DNA of 64,000 bases from Antedon mediterranea (Eukaryota > Animalia > Echinodermata). A program made the translations under genes and the position numbers. Under the pieces are notes generated by a model that was not told the origin of the DNA, searched no databases, and was given only the letters and a program-made list of their open reading frames with translations. Shown here piece by piece: positions 40,280 through 52,740 of this stretch (the first letter of the stretch is position 1; every line of letters begins with the position of its first letter). The DNA is taken from positions 25,593,175 to 25,657,174 of the forward strand of contig NC_092677.1 in NCBI RefSeq assembly GCF_964355755.1. Reading direction: 5' to 3'.

Positions 40280-40960
40280 GGTCCGATCCTGGGACATACA
40301 CTACCAAAAAGATGTAAACAAATTAATTGATGTTTAGGCCTAACACGTCGATAGAGTCCGATCCTGGGACATGCACTATATAAAAGAGTGTTAGACAAAT
40401 CAAATAATTTGTAGGCCTAATACACGTAGTCGATAGAGTCCGATCCTGGGACATGTACTATATAAAAGAGTGTTAGACAAATCAAATGATTTGTAGGCCT
40501 AATACACGTAGTCGATAGAGTCCGATCCTGTGACATGTACTATATAAAAGAGTGTTAGACAAATCAAATGATTTGTAGGCCTAATACACGTAGTCGATAG
40601 AGTTCGATCCTGGGACGTCACTACATAAAAGAGTGTTAGACAAATCAAATAATTTGTAGGCCTAATACACGTAGTCGATAGAGTCCGATCCTGGGACATG
40701 CACTATATAAAAGAGTGTTAGACAAATCAAATAATTTGTAGGCCTAATACACGTAGTCGATAGAGTCCGATCCTGGGACATGTACTATATAAAAGAGTGT
40801 TAGACAAATAAAATGATTTGTAGGCCTAATACACGTAGTCGATAAAGTCCGATCCTGTGACATGTACTATATAAAAGAGTGTTAGACAAATCAAATGATT
40901 TGTAGGCCTAATACACGTAGTCGATAGAGTCCGATCCTGGGACGTCACTACATAAACGTA
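40280..40960. repeat. 82-bp minisatellite, about 8 copies
   Basis: Unit gtccgatcctgggacatg..aaaagagtgttagacaaatc..gtaggcctaatacacgtagtcgataga. Confidence 0.95.
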
Positions 40961-43900
40961 TTAGAAAAATCGATTGGTACTATAGTATGATAATTAATTG
41001 AAATTGTTCGACTATGTTGCCCCATTTTCTGATGACTTATTACTTATTTGTTTAGTATTTTCATGTCGGTAATTGTTTTCATGTTCACACTTCACATATA
41101 AACAAATCATAATGTATATACAATAAAATGCTAAACCTAATAATTTCGTGGGAAAAAATAACGAATAGACATCCTTCTATCCGGAATATTCTTCCAGATT
41201 AAATAACTATGTTTGTGTTAGTTTTACTATTATTGTTTTTGCATCTGCCCTAGTTATTTCGATCAGTTGCGAAAAATATTATTCATATATTCATTATTAT
41301 ATGTTATGTGTATTGTATATAAACATGATATATTCGTGGGGTTATTCGAGGTCAACCAGCAAGTAGTAGTAGCGCGGTTAGAGTTGGTTGTAGGGTCTTG
41401 GACGTAATACACAAGAATACGCTTGATTTTCCCATTCGGAACGCAGCGCAAGGATGACGTGGTGGATCGTCTGGTGATTGCTCAACTCACGTTTGTATTG
41501 TGCTTACGTCATGTGTTGCGTAGAAATGGAAGCAACCTAGCATTGTGCGTCCAAGTGCATCATATTATTGTATATTAGGCCTGTATCATATTGTTAAATT
41601 TATTAATTAGCAAATTATATTTACATCTATCTGTATATAGACGTTGATTAATTGTGTTTTACAATGAATGAGCATTAAGCGTGGTTCCCACTAGAACGCA
41701 ACGCAAAGCGACGTATTGACGTAAAGTGCTGTATTGCGTAATCACAAACGGGAACCGACGACGCAATAGTGCTGTAAACATCACAGGTTTGATTTCACGC
41801 AGGCGGGGGCAAATACAATTATTGGAAGGGCATTTGCTTACGTTGCGTAGATTGCGTTACGTAAGTGGGAACCAAGCTTTAGTAACTACTATTTTGATGT
41901 TTAATCTGTTTTTGTTTTGCAGCTTTGGAATGCCATATTCGAAACAGAGGTTCCTGAATTTTCTTGCCATTTAAAAAAATGAACATTGCTTTATGCATTG
42001 ATGCCGTTGACGTCCTATACCGAAAAAGGTAAGTTTTATTATGTAACTAAGCATGCGCATTTAGATAAATCAATCACGAAGCAAATTGGTTGAATGTTCG
42101 AGCAATGAACATTGGTCAGTTAACTTTATGGACCTATTTTCGCTTGTCATTCAGTTGACAGTATGATTAAAACTTGTTAATGACGTCATATGCACCCACT
42201 TTCAACACAATCATTGAGGTTGAGTGGTAATATGTAACCAATCAAAACACCGCGAGCTGATAACGCCACGCCTATTGCGTTGATTGACATATTAACGCCT
42301 GCGCAACAATTACGAAAGTTTTATTCGTATTTAAATATTTTTTTAAAACAAAACAGTACTATTCCGTGATTTGAGAGCAGTTGAAAGATTTACGTCGTGC
42401 TGCTAACATAATTGTAAACGTTGGAATCTTTTGTGTTGAAATCGTAGATTTTGTGAGGCACCCCCTTTTTAATTTTCGGCGCTTCCCTCTTCTTTGAGAG
42501 TCACTTACCATAAACTTTCTGATTGTATAGTTTATTGTTCGTAAAATGCTTAAATAGCCGAGATATACCTCCAGAGAGTCAGTCACGGCTTTTTGAACGC
42601 AAAGTGCAGAAAAGAAAGGATTCTATTGAAAACTGTAAGTTTATTTGTTTTCTTTTTATATTACCAGTATAGTTCTAATAAAGCACGTCTTTTTTACTTC
42701 TGAAATTTCTTGTTCGCTGATCACATGTGAAAGATAGTATTGGCGTGCACGTTGCTAGTTTGAAATCCGATATTTGTTTGACAAAAGATGCTTTTATTTC
42801 GGTGTACAAATTAGGGCTATCATTTGTGGAGAAAACTGTTAGTATCGTAACGTAAAAAAAAATGTACCAACAAATTTCGACTCGATCATCCCCAGATTCA
42901 TACAGGTCTGTCTACACTATAAACTAGTTTGGCAAAAAAAAAAATGTAAAGTGTCCAAATAGGCTAGTGATATGCCCAATATGGTTGTGATATGACGTCA
43001 TCGGGTCCATATAATAGGCACATCACATTTTTTGTTTTATAGTGTGGACAGAACTTAAGAATCAGGATCCTTGTTGTTTAGAATCGGATACTACGCGTAC
43101 TAAGGTTTGGTTCCCACTAGGACGCGCAACACAAGGACGTCAATTAATTTATTTTTTGAAAATTGTATCGATCGTTAAAATTATTTGCAATATATAATGT
43201 TTAGCTTAATTTTGTCTGTAATTCCGAATTACAAAACCTGCCCCAGGCCATAATTGATGGGTTTCCTTTGTAGGCCCAAAGTGAATTTGTTTCCACACAA
43301 TATTTTCTCACTGAATACAACATACGCAAAAGTGCTTCTCCATGAATTACGATAAAAATAACCATTCAGCGGCGCCAATCAATGCGTTTATTAATTTTCT
43401 GTATCCAAACCTCAATAGCATTGGCCAAATCGAGAGTACAATTCACCTACTAGACTTTTAATGCTCCTAGATTTCTAAATTCAGATTTATATTGTTGATC
43501 ACTTTCTTTAAAAAGTGTAATTACATTTTCTGCCTGAACTGTTACTATTCATGGTTGATATTTGTTTACCAGAGGTTTATGGCAATCCTGGCGGTGTTTG
43601 TATGTCACTCGAAGACGTGTTACCCACTTGAGTTTGGGCGCTACCAATTAAAACGTTTTATGCTACCTGAATTTTGTTGTTAAATTTGCATAGTATTTTA
43701 CAACGCACAATTTCTTTTCAACTTTGTGTTTGTTGTGTTTGCACTTGGAACTTGTACGTCGCTCTGTCGTTTGTTGATTATAGACTTTCTTTTATTTTTA
43801 TAGGTCTTTTCACTTTATCGATTCCGCATCAGTGCCTGGGTGAACCTTGTACAGAGTAATTTTCATTGGTAAGAATTCCTTTATTGTTATAATACCTTTT

Positions 43901-44737
43901 GTTGATTTATTTATTTATTCATAAGCTTGCTACGGCTGTTAATAGAGGTTACAACGGATTATGTTGCATGTTAGATTGTAATGGATCATCTTTTTCAGTT
44001 TTCTTTTGTCATACAACTCTTACACAATTGAATTTTTAATTGCTCGAATTTCCAAAAGCGTCCCGTATACGAAAAAGTGTAAAGACTTTATTTAAAAGTG
44101 CTCGTACCTTTCTCTCGAATAACGTTTTGACGTTGGTGGCAGCACAAAAGCAGTTGTTGCTTTTATGTAAAATAACTTGCGTCGTTGTCGCGCCATACAT
44201 TACATAAAGAAAATGCTTAAATGAAAAGGCTTCATCAGATATATGAATATAGACTGCTTTATACAATACGCATGTCAATAATTATTTTTATATAAAAAAT
44301 GTTCTTTGTATTATGGCGTTTTCGATTTGCGACGACGACCTAACTAGGTCAGGTCAAGTCAATCTATCTAGAAACCATTAAAACTGTGTTGAGGTGGGGA
44401 GCAAAGAAGCAGGTCCCCGCACAAACATGTCCTACTTTTGTCTTTTGTAAATGTTTTCTTCTCCCAATTTGAACTCAATACATTTAATAATCACCTTCTT
44501 GCTTTAAACTCCAAAAAAATCTTTTTACTGAATTGTTTGTTTATGTGTGTTACTACTCTACTCTACTGTTGCTAATACAAACCGGTATATTTTCTTGTTG
44601 CTAAATATGGGCATTTTTTCTTTACTGTTTGGTGAATAGGGCTTCTCAATTGTGAGACATTTGGGACAATAATTTAACCTTATTAACACAAGTAACCGTT
44701 GAATAATCTAACGACATTAACATTCTAACTGTTTAAA

Positions 44738-46174
44738 ATGGAAAAGCTTGGCGTTTTTCTTCAATGCTTTGTTTTTGCTTTGCTTGTAAGCAACGTGCTT
44801 GCTGTTAATATTACGATTTCTAATTCTGGAGATAATAATGATGATGATAATAGCTTATACGTTTTTGCTGACGAGGTTGAAATCTTGAAAGTCTGTGTCG
44901 AAAATGCAGAAGACATATCGGATTTAACTTTAGTGGCGGTTTCCAAAGATGAAGATATTTTTCGGATAGCAAATGATAGTTTGAGATTTTCGGTGACGAC
45001 AAATGAAACTGTTGAAATCGGTATTCTGGGTGTGTTTGTTGGCATAGAAGATATTGAGCTCAAATTGGAAAGAGGTGGCGATGTCATTAAGAATGGTAAC
45101 CATGTGATCAAAGTGAAAAGGCAGCCTTCTATACTTGTTGTCATTTACACGTGGAGTATAACAGCTTGGCTTCTTATATCTTATATTACAATGGGATGCA
45201 AGATGGACTGGAGAATTATCAGAGAGAAACTTCGCCGACCATACGGTGTCCTTATTGGAGCGTTTTGCCAATTTATCATCATGCCTGCTCTTTCGTTTGG
45301 CCTTGCTAAACTGCTTAACTTGGACGACGCTGCGGCCATTGGTCTTGTCACTATTGGGTCATGTCCGGGTGGCTGGCTTAGTAACGTCTTCAGTTTACTA
45401 CTTGACGTCGATTTTGTTCTAAGTCTTACAATGACATTTATCTCAACAATCCTAGCTCTCGGATTCATGCCACTGAACTTGTTCTTATACGCGAGCCAAT
45501 TCACAGGCGATAACGAAAACCTGAAAACACCGTTTTTTGATATCATGATCCAGTTGGTTACTCTTGTCATACCGGTATTTATTGGTATGGTGATTTTATA
45601 CAAGTTTCCTAAGTTGGCTGACATCTGCCTAAAGTGTTTAAAACCGTTCGCTGTGATTCTTCTTGTTATGGGCTTGGGATTAGGAACGCCAGCGCAGCTA
45701 TATGTGTATTTTTCTGACTGGGAAATATTTGTGGCAGGGGTGTCCCTACCTTTCATCGGAGGCTGTATCGGCTTTGGCATCGCGAAGATCGCAAGAATAG
45801 AACTAAAGTCTTCTGTCACGATATCTTTAGAAACTGGCGTTCAGAATAGTCTGCTAGCTATTGCGATGGTTAGGATTTCTTATCCGCAACCAGAATCCGA
45901 CCTAATCAACCGCGTGCCGTTTCTCGTTGTTCTGTTCACCTCACTGGAAGGGACCATTTTGACCATCGCCAAAGTAGTCGTTCAGAAATATTTTTGGAAG
46001 TCTGGTGGTGAAGTGGAAGAGGTGGAAATCCGTAATAAGGGTAAACATCCCGAAATGATAGAGATCGACGGGAAGAAGTGTATAACGTCCGTTTCTGTTG
46101 GGATTCAAGTTGGAGAGGAGAACAGCGATAATGATGATGTATCCCTCGATAATCCGGGTTTCACTAAGGATTAG
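44738..46174 (+). CDS. SLC10 sodium/bile acid cotransporter family protein (SLC10A3/A5-like), paralog 1
   Basis: Intronless 478-aa ORF: signal peptide, luminal domain, GAFCQFIIMP, GSCPGG..SNVFSLLLDVD, SLETGVQNS. Confidence 0.93.
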   Translation: MEKLGVFLQCFVFALLVSNVLAVNITISNSGDNNDDDNSLYVFADEVEILKVCVENAEDISDLTLVAVSKDEDIFRIANDSLRFSVTTNETVEIGILGVFVGIEDIELKLERGGDVIKNGNHVIKVKRQPSILVVIYTWSITAWLLISYITMGCKMDWRIIREKLRRPYGVLIGAFCQFIIMPALSFGLAKLLNLDDAAAIGLVTIGSCPGGWLSNVFSLLLDVDFVLSLTMTFISTILALGFMPLNLFLYASQFTGDNENLKTPFFDIMIQLVTLVIPVFIGMVILYKFPKLADICLKCLKPFAVILLVMGLGLGTPAQLYVYFSDWEIFVAGVSLPFIGGCIGFGIAKIARIELKSSVTISLETGVQNSLLAIAMVRISYPQPESDLINRVPFLVVLFTSLEGTILTIAKVVVQKYFWKSGGEVEEVEIRNKGKHPEMIEIDGKKCITSVSVGIQVGEENSDNDDVSLDNPGFTKD

Positions 46175-47359
46175 TTCGTCTAAAGCGTGGTTCCCACTAG
46201 AACGCAACGCAGCGACGTATTGACGCAAAGTTCTGTATTGCGTAGTCACAAGTGGGAACCGACGACCCAACAGTGCTGCAAACATCGCAGGTTTGATTTT
46301 CTTACGATTGATTGCGTTTCGTTGCGTCGCTAATGGGAACCAAGCCTTACTAGTGGTATCACCAGTGAGACTAAAGTTTGGATTGTTAGCTAGAAATCAA
46401 GCTCAGATTGGTTTCCTTCAAAAATCCGGATCATTGTCTTGACAATTGTTCATCTGCATACATTTGCATATACACAAAATGATTTCTAGTCATCAATGAT
46501 TTATTTTAAAGCGCGCAAAAGTTTTATATTTGTTTGTTGTTTTTGTCTAAAAGACCATGTTTTATATATTGTTTTTTACAGAATGTATTTTAAAGCGCGC
46601 ACAAGTTTTAAATTTGTTTGTTTTGTTGTCTAGAAGAAGATGTTTAATTATAACGTAGAAAAAAACATTGCTTCTAAAAGAAGTACATTGTATAATTTCA
46701 AACAAAAGTGGAGATTAATAGAAGATTATATTTAATAACTTAATGATACTGTTTCTCGAGGAAATGACTTACTTTTGTGTATTATTATTATTACGCTTGC
46801 TCTTTATTATTGTATTAAATTAAAATTTAAACCAGAAATTATTATTTGCACTTGTTAGATATTTTTAATTATTTATTATAGGCATGCTATTAGTTCCTTG
46901 GTTACAATACAGATAATTAAAAATATATATATGTATTATTTTAAAGAAACAAAAATGGTTATGATGTTAAATGTATGTATCTGATTTTAATTAATACAAT
47001 TATATTATAGTTCCTTGGTTATAGTACAGATTAAGATATATTTGTGTGTATGTATGTGTATGTATATGAGTATTATTTATTATTGCTATGTAAAGACAAA
47101 AAAAATTAATATGTTAGTAAATGTATATCTCTGGCTAATTTGATTAATACAATTATATTTAGTTAGATTAGTTACATAATTGTGGAAAACACAGCATTTA
47201 CCAAATTAATTAATTATTTACTTTAAAAAAATGGAATTAATAATTTATAGTTTTTAATATTGTTTGATCACTGTAAGTTACTTTATTTAAACGTTCATAT
47301 CATTTTGATATTTATTACTTTAAATTTAAGTGATTTTGTGTTATGGTTGTATTTTTTGA

Positions 47360-48300
47360 AAAAGATGTTTATATATTGTTGTTTACATACTGCCTTTTAA
47401 AGCGCACAGCAGTTTTAAATTTGTTTGTTGTTTTGTCTAGAAGACCATGTTTATTATTGTTGTTTACATACTGCATTTTAAAGCGCACAGCAGTTTTAAA
47501 TTTGTTTGTTGTTTTGTCTAGAAGACCATGTTTATTATTGTTGTTTACATACTGCATTTTAAAGCGCACAGCAGTTTTAAATTTGTTTGTTGTTTTTGTC
47601 TAGAAGACCATGTTTATATATTGTTGTTTACACTGCATTTTAAAGCGCACAGCAGTTTTAAATTTGTTTGTTGTTTTGTCTAGAAGACCATGTTTATATA
47701 TTGTTGTTTACATACTGCATTTTAAAGCGCACAGCAGTTTTAAATTTGTTTGTTGTTTTTGTCTAGAAGACCATGTTTATATATTGTTGTTTACACTGCA
47801 TTTTAAAGCGCACAGCAGGTTTAAATTTGTTTGTTGTTTTGTCTAGAAGACCATGTTTATTATTGTTGTTTACATACTGCATTTTAAAGCGCACAGCAGT
47901 TTAAATTTGTTTGTTGTTTTGTCTAGAAGACCATGTTTATTATTGTTGTTTACATACTGCATTTTAAAGCGCACAGCAGTTTTAAATTTGTTTGTTGTTT
48001 TGTCTAGAAGACCATGGTTATATATTGTTGTTTACATACTGCGTTTTAAAGCGCACAGCAGTTTTAAATTTGTTTGTTGTTTTGTCTAGAAGACCATGTT
48101 TATTATTGTTGTTTACATACTGCATTTTAAAGCGCACAGCAGTTTTAAATTTGTTTGTTGTTTTTGTCTAGAAGACCATGTTTATATATTGTTGTTTACA
48201 TACTGCATTTTAAAGCGCACAGCAGGTTTATATTTGTTTGTTATTTTTGTCTAAAAGACCATGTTATCTGTTAGTCTGTTTTTATATATTGTTGTTTAAA
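47360..48300. repeat. About 81-bp minisatellite, 11-12 copies (degenerate copies at 46500-46640)
   Basis: Unit ttttaaagcgcacagcagttttaaatttgtttgttgttttgtctagaagaccatgttta..catactgca. Confidence 0.95.
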
Positions 48301-49282
48301 GTAGTATAAATGCATTTTATATACAGTATTATATTTTATGTATATTTTTTGTTGGTTAATATAAGATTAGGCTTACTAACCTTTGACATACGAATTTATG
48401 ACTTGTAATTACCGACACCAAAAGCTGTGTTTTCATCCGTGACACACTTAGACCCCAGTTAGAATATTGAAAGTGTTCTGAGGTTATGAACACGAAAAAA
48501 AGGGGTCAAAATTAAACCTACCTCACATACCAAACATTGTGTAATATTTTAATAATAATAATCAGTATTTAATATGATTCCTCTCAAAATCAGCATTTTT
48601 ATCGCAGTACCGTTGGAATTTACTACCTCATCATATCATGGATACCTCATATCATGAGGAAACAAATAGTTATCCTCCATGCGCATACATTAATTCGTCA
48701 GCGTTTAAACAGTTTAAATATTTTCTTAAAACACACCTTTTTTGATTCGTTTAATTTTCTCTAAACGCGTTGAGAAATTTCTTTTGTAAATTTCGCCTCA
48801 TAAATATTCAGATTTATATTATTGTTAATATTATTAATAATCGATTTACTATAATAGATTTGCTATCCAATCGAAAAATAATGTGTATGTACTGTTATAT
48901 TAATCAATATGTTACCGTAAATGAGCAATAATTAAATGTATTATGTATTCATAAATAAAAACTAAATTGCGTGGCCAGTTTAATAAAATGTCATTGAAAA
49001 AAATGTATTTAAATCTGTCTTTATCTCATATCCTGCGATGACGTAATCACAATGTACACTTATATCTCATAAAACAAGTGTTCTTTAAGCGCCGTTTATT
49101 CGTCGTCAACAGTAACTTTCAAAACTTCTTCGAATTTCGTATACCAGTTGCACTCAGAATGGCGAAATCCGGGTTTATTAAATATACCAAACAAACAAAC
49201 ATCGCAGACGAAGATATTGACTATATTATGGAATTGTTTTTACTGAAAAAGAATTAGTTTTTAAAAACCGGTTTAAATATAT

Positions 49283-49635
49283 ATGGATTACGCGCTGTTG
49301 TCTGAATGGATTACGTGCTGTTGTCTGAATGGATTACGTGCTGTTGTCTGAATGGATTACGCGCGCTGTTTTCTGAATGGATTACGTGCTGTTGTCTGAA
49401 TGGATTACGCGCTGTTGTCTGAATGGATTACGCGCTGTTGTCTGAATGGATTACGCGCTGTTGTCTGAATGGATTACGTGCTGTTGTCTGAATGGATTAC
49501 GCGCGCTGTTGTCTGAATGGATTACGTGCTGTTGTCTGAATGGATTACGCGCTGTTGTCTGAATGGATTACGCGCTGTTGTCTGAATGGATTACGTGCTG
49601 TTGTCTGAATGGACTACGCGCTGTTGTCTGAATGT
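49283..49635. repeat. 23-bp minisatellite, about 15 copies
   Basis: Unit atggattacg(c/t)gctgttgtctga. Confidence 0.95.
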
Positions 49636-49859
49636 GATGAACATGTCATTTCAAATCAGTAATTTATTTGCTGCGGCGATTGCCTGGAGTATCATGGGTT
49701 TTATGTAACAATCAACATTTGTTGTTGTCAAACGGTCCGCTTGACAAAAAAAAATGTTTAAAAAAATAACAGTTCGTCGGGACGTTTGATGTTATTACCT
49801 TGAATTACCTTGCTTGTTAGACTAACCAGTTATTTGTGAGTCCTTCCTCATATCTGATG

Positions 49860-50170
49860 ACATTTTAAAACTATCGGCCCATCCATATTTTTCTCCGTTT
49901 TCTAATGTTTTTCCATAATATCGCCTAACTTGTGGTTCCTTAATACGTTCCATCTCGTCGCCTTCTCTCCTCTGACAAATCATTTCTATCTGTTCCCTGT
50001 TTCCACACTAAGACTTACGGTGGACGCTCCTTCCTCTCTTTGGAACAAACTCCCTCATTTTGTAAACTTCCACCAACGTTTGCCTTATTTAATATTAACT
50101 TAAAAACTCATTTATTTATCAAATTTCAGGATACAATGCGCCTTTGATCATCTTTTTTTGGAATATAAAT
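49860..50170 (+). mobile_element. Degraded L2-type LINE 3' end
   Basis: Remnants KTYGGRSF, LWNKLP and LKTHLF. Confidence 0.6.
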
Positions 50171-51270
50171 ATTTTATTTTTATTTTACAGACCCTTTGAC
50201 CGGTTACTCTGTCACTGCCGATTAAGCTGTACTACTACCAATCGGTGAGTATCGTTTTATTGTCATTTCCTATGTGTTTTATTTACTGATTCACCACCTT
50301 CAATCGTACGACTTTATGTTTGGGTTATGTTTCATTTTAAATTGTATCGAGTCTTTATCAGCTATAATGTTCCAAATTATAATTGCGCAGCAAAGAATTG
50401 TCTCATTACACTATCATAGTACAAGTTTTGTCTGAATGTGCAAATGAGATATCACTGCGCTGACGGATTTCACATCCATATAATAGGGAGCTTTTGATTC
50501 GTGAAGACCTAGGAACAGGTCAGGTCGTGTCAATTCATTGTGCGCATGATGATGTGAGACGTGCTTCCTTGAAGCACTTGTTTTGGCGGTTTCTATGTTC
50601 AGACGACAACCAACAGTCAAAAGCTCTCTATTGTTTGCAGAACAATTTCAATTCTTTATTTACTTTTTTAACTTTAACTTTATGTACAGTATAGTCTTAA
50701 TACAATTTTTAACAAAAACTCTCCATTTGGTAAAATTACGACTTTGCAAAATTCCTTTTTTTCTTCTTTTTCTTGGTGAAAGATTGTAATCAAGTTTTTT
50801 AGGCTTTGTGGCGTAAAAATGCTAATACACTTTGTTAAAAATCTTCTTTGTGAATTTAGTGCAGAAGAAGTAGAAAACTAAGAACACGAAGAAATATAAT
50901 GATTTATGCATACTATTTTTTACATTGTTGGCGTTCCATACACTCATCACATTACTTCATAGTCCTGTGGAAACATGAACAAATCTTGCTAAATTATATG
51001 TGTACAAATTGGCGCTTTGTAATCTAGAAATATGTTTTGCACATTGCTGTTTTGTTTGTGCCTGTTTTTGTTTGTTTCTGTTTTTTTTTTTATTACAATA
51101 CGTGTTTGTCTTTTGTGCTAAATATTTTGCCTTTTCTTCTTTTTTACTACTTGGTGTATAGATCTTCTCAATTTGGGTTTGCTGGTGAACAATTAAATTT
51201 CGAAACAATTTTTGAAACCAATTATTTGTTGACTAATCTGGAGAAATAACATTGAACAGTAATTTAGAAA

Positions 51271-52740
51271 ATGGAAAAGCTTAACTTTCTTCTGCGGTGT
51301 TTGCTTTTTAGTCTGCTTATTAGCGAAACGTTTGCTGTAAACATTACAATTTCTAAATTCCCTAATAATGATGACGATGATGACAATGATAATGATAGCT
51401 TATACGTCACGGAAGACGAAATTAGAATCTTAGAAGTTCTTGTTCAGGATACAGCCGACATATCGGATTTAACTTTAGTGGCGGCTTCTACAGATGAAGA
51501 CATTTTTCGGATAGCAAACGAAAGTAAGACATTTTCGGTGACGATAAATGAAACCATTGAAATCGGTATTCTGGGTGTGTTTGTTGGCATAGAAGATATA
51601 AAGCTCAAATTGGAAAGAGGTGGTGTTCTCCTGATGAACGAAACACAAGTGGTCAAGGTCAAAAGAAAGAATGCAATTATTGTTGCTATTTACCAGTGGA
51701 CTTTAACAGCTTGGCTTGTTTTGTCATATATTACTATGGGATGCAAGATGGACTGGAGAATTATCAGAGAGAAACTTCGCCGACCGTATGGTGTGCTGAT
51801 TGGAGCGTTTTGCCAATTTATCATCATGCCAGCTCTTTCGTTTGGCCTAGCTAAGCTGCTTAACTTGGACGACGCTGCGGCGATTGGTCTTGTCACTGTT
51901 GGGTCATGTCCGGGTGGCTGGCTTAGTAACGTCTTCAGTTTACTACTTGACGTCGATTTTGTTCTAAGTCTGACAATGACATTCATCTCAACCGTCCTAG
52001 CTCTCGGATTCATGCCACTTAACTTGTATCTGTACGCGGATAAATTTGTCGGTGATAACGAAGACCTAGAAACCCCATTTTTCGATATAATGATCCAATT
52101 GGTTTCTCTTGTTATCCCAGTACTGATTGGTATGACAATTTTGTACAAGTTGCCAAAAGTTGCTGAACTCTGCCTAAAGTGTTTAAAACCGTGCGCCGTG
52201 ATTCTTATCATCATCAGCTTGGGCCTAGGAATCCCAGCCCAGTTTTACGTGTTTTATTCTGACTGGGAAATATGGGTGGCAGCCGCGTGCCTGCCATTTA
52301 TAGGATGCTTCCTCGGATATAGCATCTCGAAGATTGCAAGAATGGAATTAAAGTCTTCTGTCACAATATCCTTAGAAACCGGCGTTCAGAATAGTCTGCT
52401 AGCGATTGCAATGGTTGGAATCTCGTATCCTAAACCGGAGTCTGACTTGATCGGTCGCGTACCGCTGCTGATTGCGCTGTTAACGCTAATGGAAGGATGC
52501 GCTGTGACGTCAGCGAAAGTAATCATTCAGAAATATTTCTGGAAGTCCCAAGATGAACCGGAAGATGTGAAAGAGGTGATCGAGAAAGAGGATAAACATC
52601 CTGAAATGATGAAAGAGATTAACGGAAATAAAAAAGTAGTTCTTCCAACCGTTTCCGTCGCAGTGCAGGTTGGTGAGGAGAACTTCACCAATGGAACCAC
52701 TGCCATCTCCCTTGATAACCCGGCCTTCTTAGAAGATTAA
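51271..52740 (+). CDS. SLC10 family transporter, paralog 2
   Basis: Intronless 489-aa ORF, closely similar to paralog 1 with the same motifs. Confidence 0.93.
   Translation: MEKLNFLLRCLLFSLLISETFAVNITISKFPNNDDDDDNDNDSLYVTEDEIRILEVLVQDTADISDLTLVAASTDEDIFRIANESKTFSVTINETIEIGILGVFVGIEDIKLKLERGGVLLMNETQVVKVKRKNAIIVAIYQWTLTAWLVLSYITMGCKMDWRIIREKLRRPYGVLIGAFCQFIIMPALSFGLAKLLNLDDAAAIGLVTVGSCPGGWLSNVFSLLLDVDFVLSLTMTFISTVLALGFMPLNLYLYADKFVGDNEDLETPFFDIMIQLVSLVIPVLIGMTILYKLPKVAELCLKCLKPCAVILIIISLGLGIPAQFYVFYSDWEIWVAAACLPFIGCFLGYSISKIARMELKSSVTISLETGVQNSLLAIAMVGISYPKPESDLIGRVPLLIALLTLMEGCAVTSAKVIIQKYFWKSQDEPEDVKEVIEKEDKHPEMMKEINGNKKVVLPTVSVAVQVGEENFTNGTTAISLDNPAFLED

Noticed and set aside
44761-46285. 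Long antisense ORFs over the SLC10 genes (also 51444-52214 and 54852-55565)
   Set aside because: These are shadows of the sense coding frames with no recognisable protein features.
47343-48089. Repetitive ORFs (also 13875-14144, 40499-40699, 62048-62257 and 22756-22984)
   Set aside because: They are translations of tandem repeats or MITE interiors.
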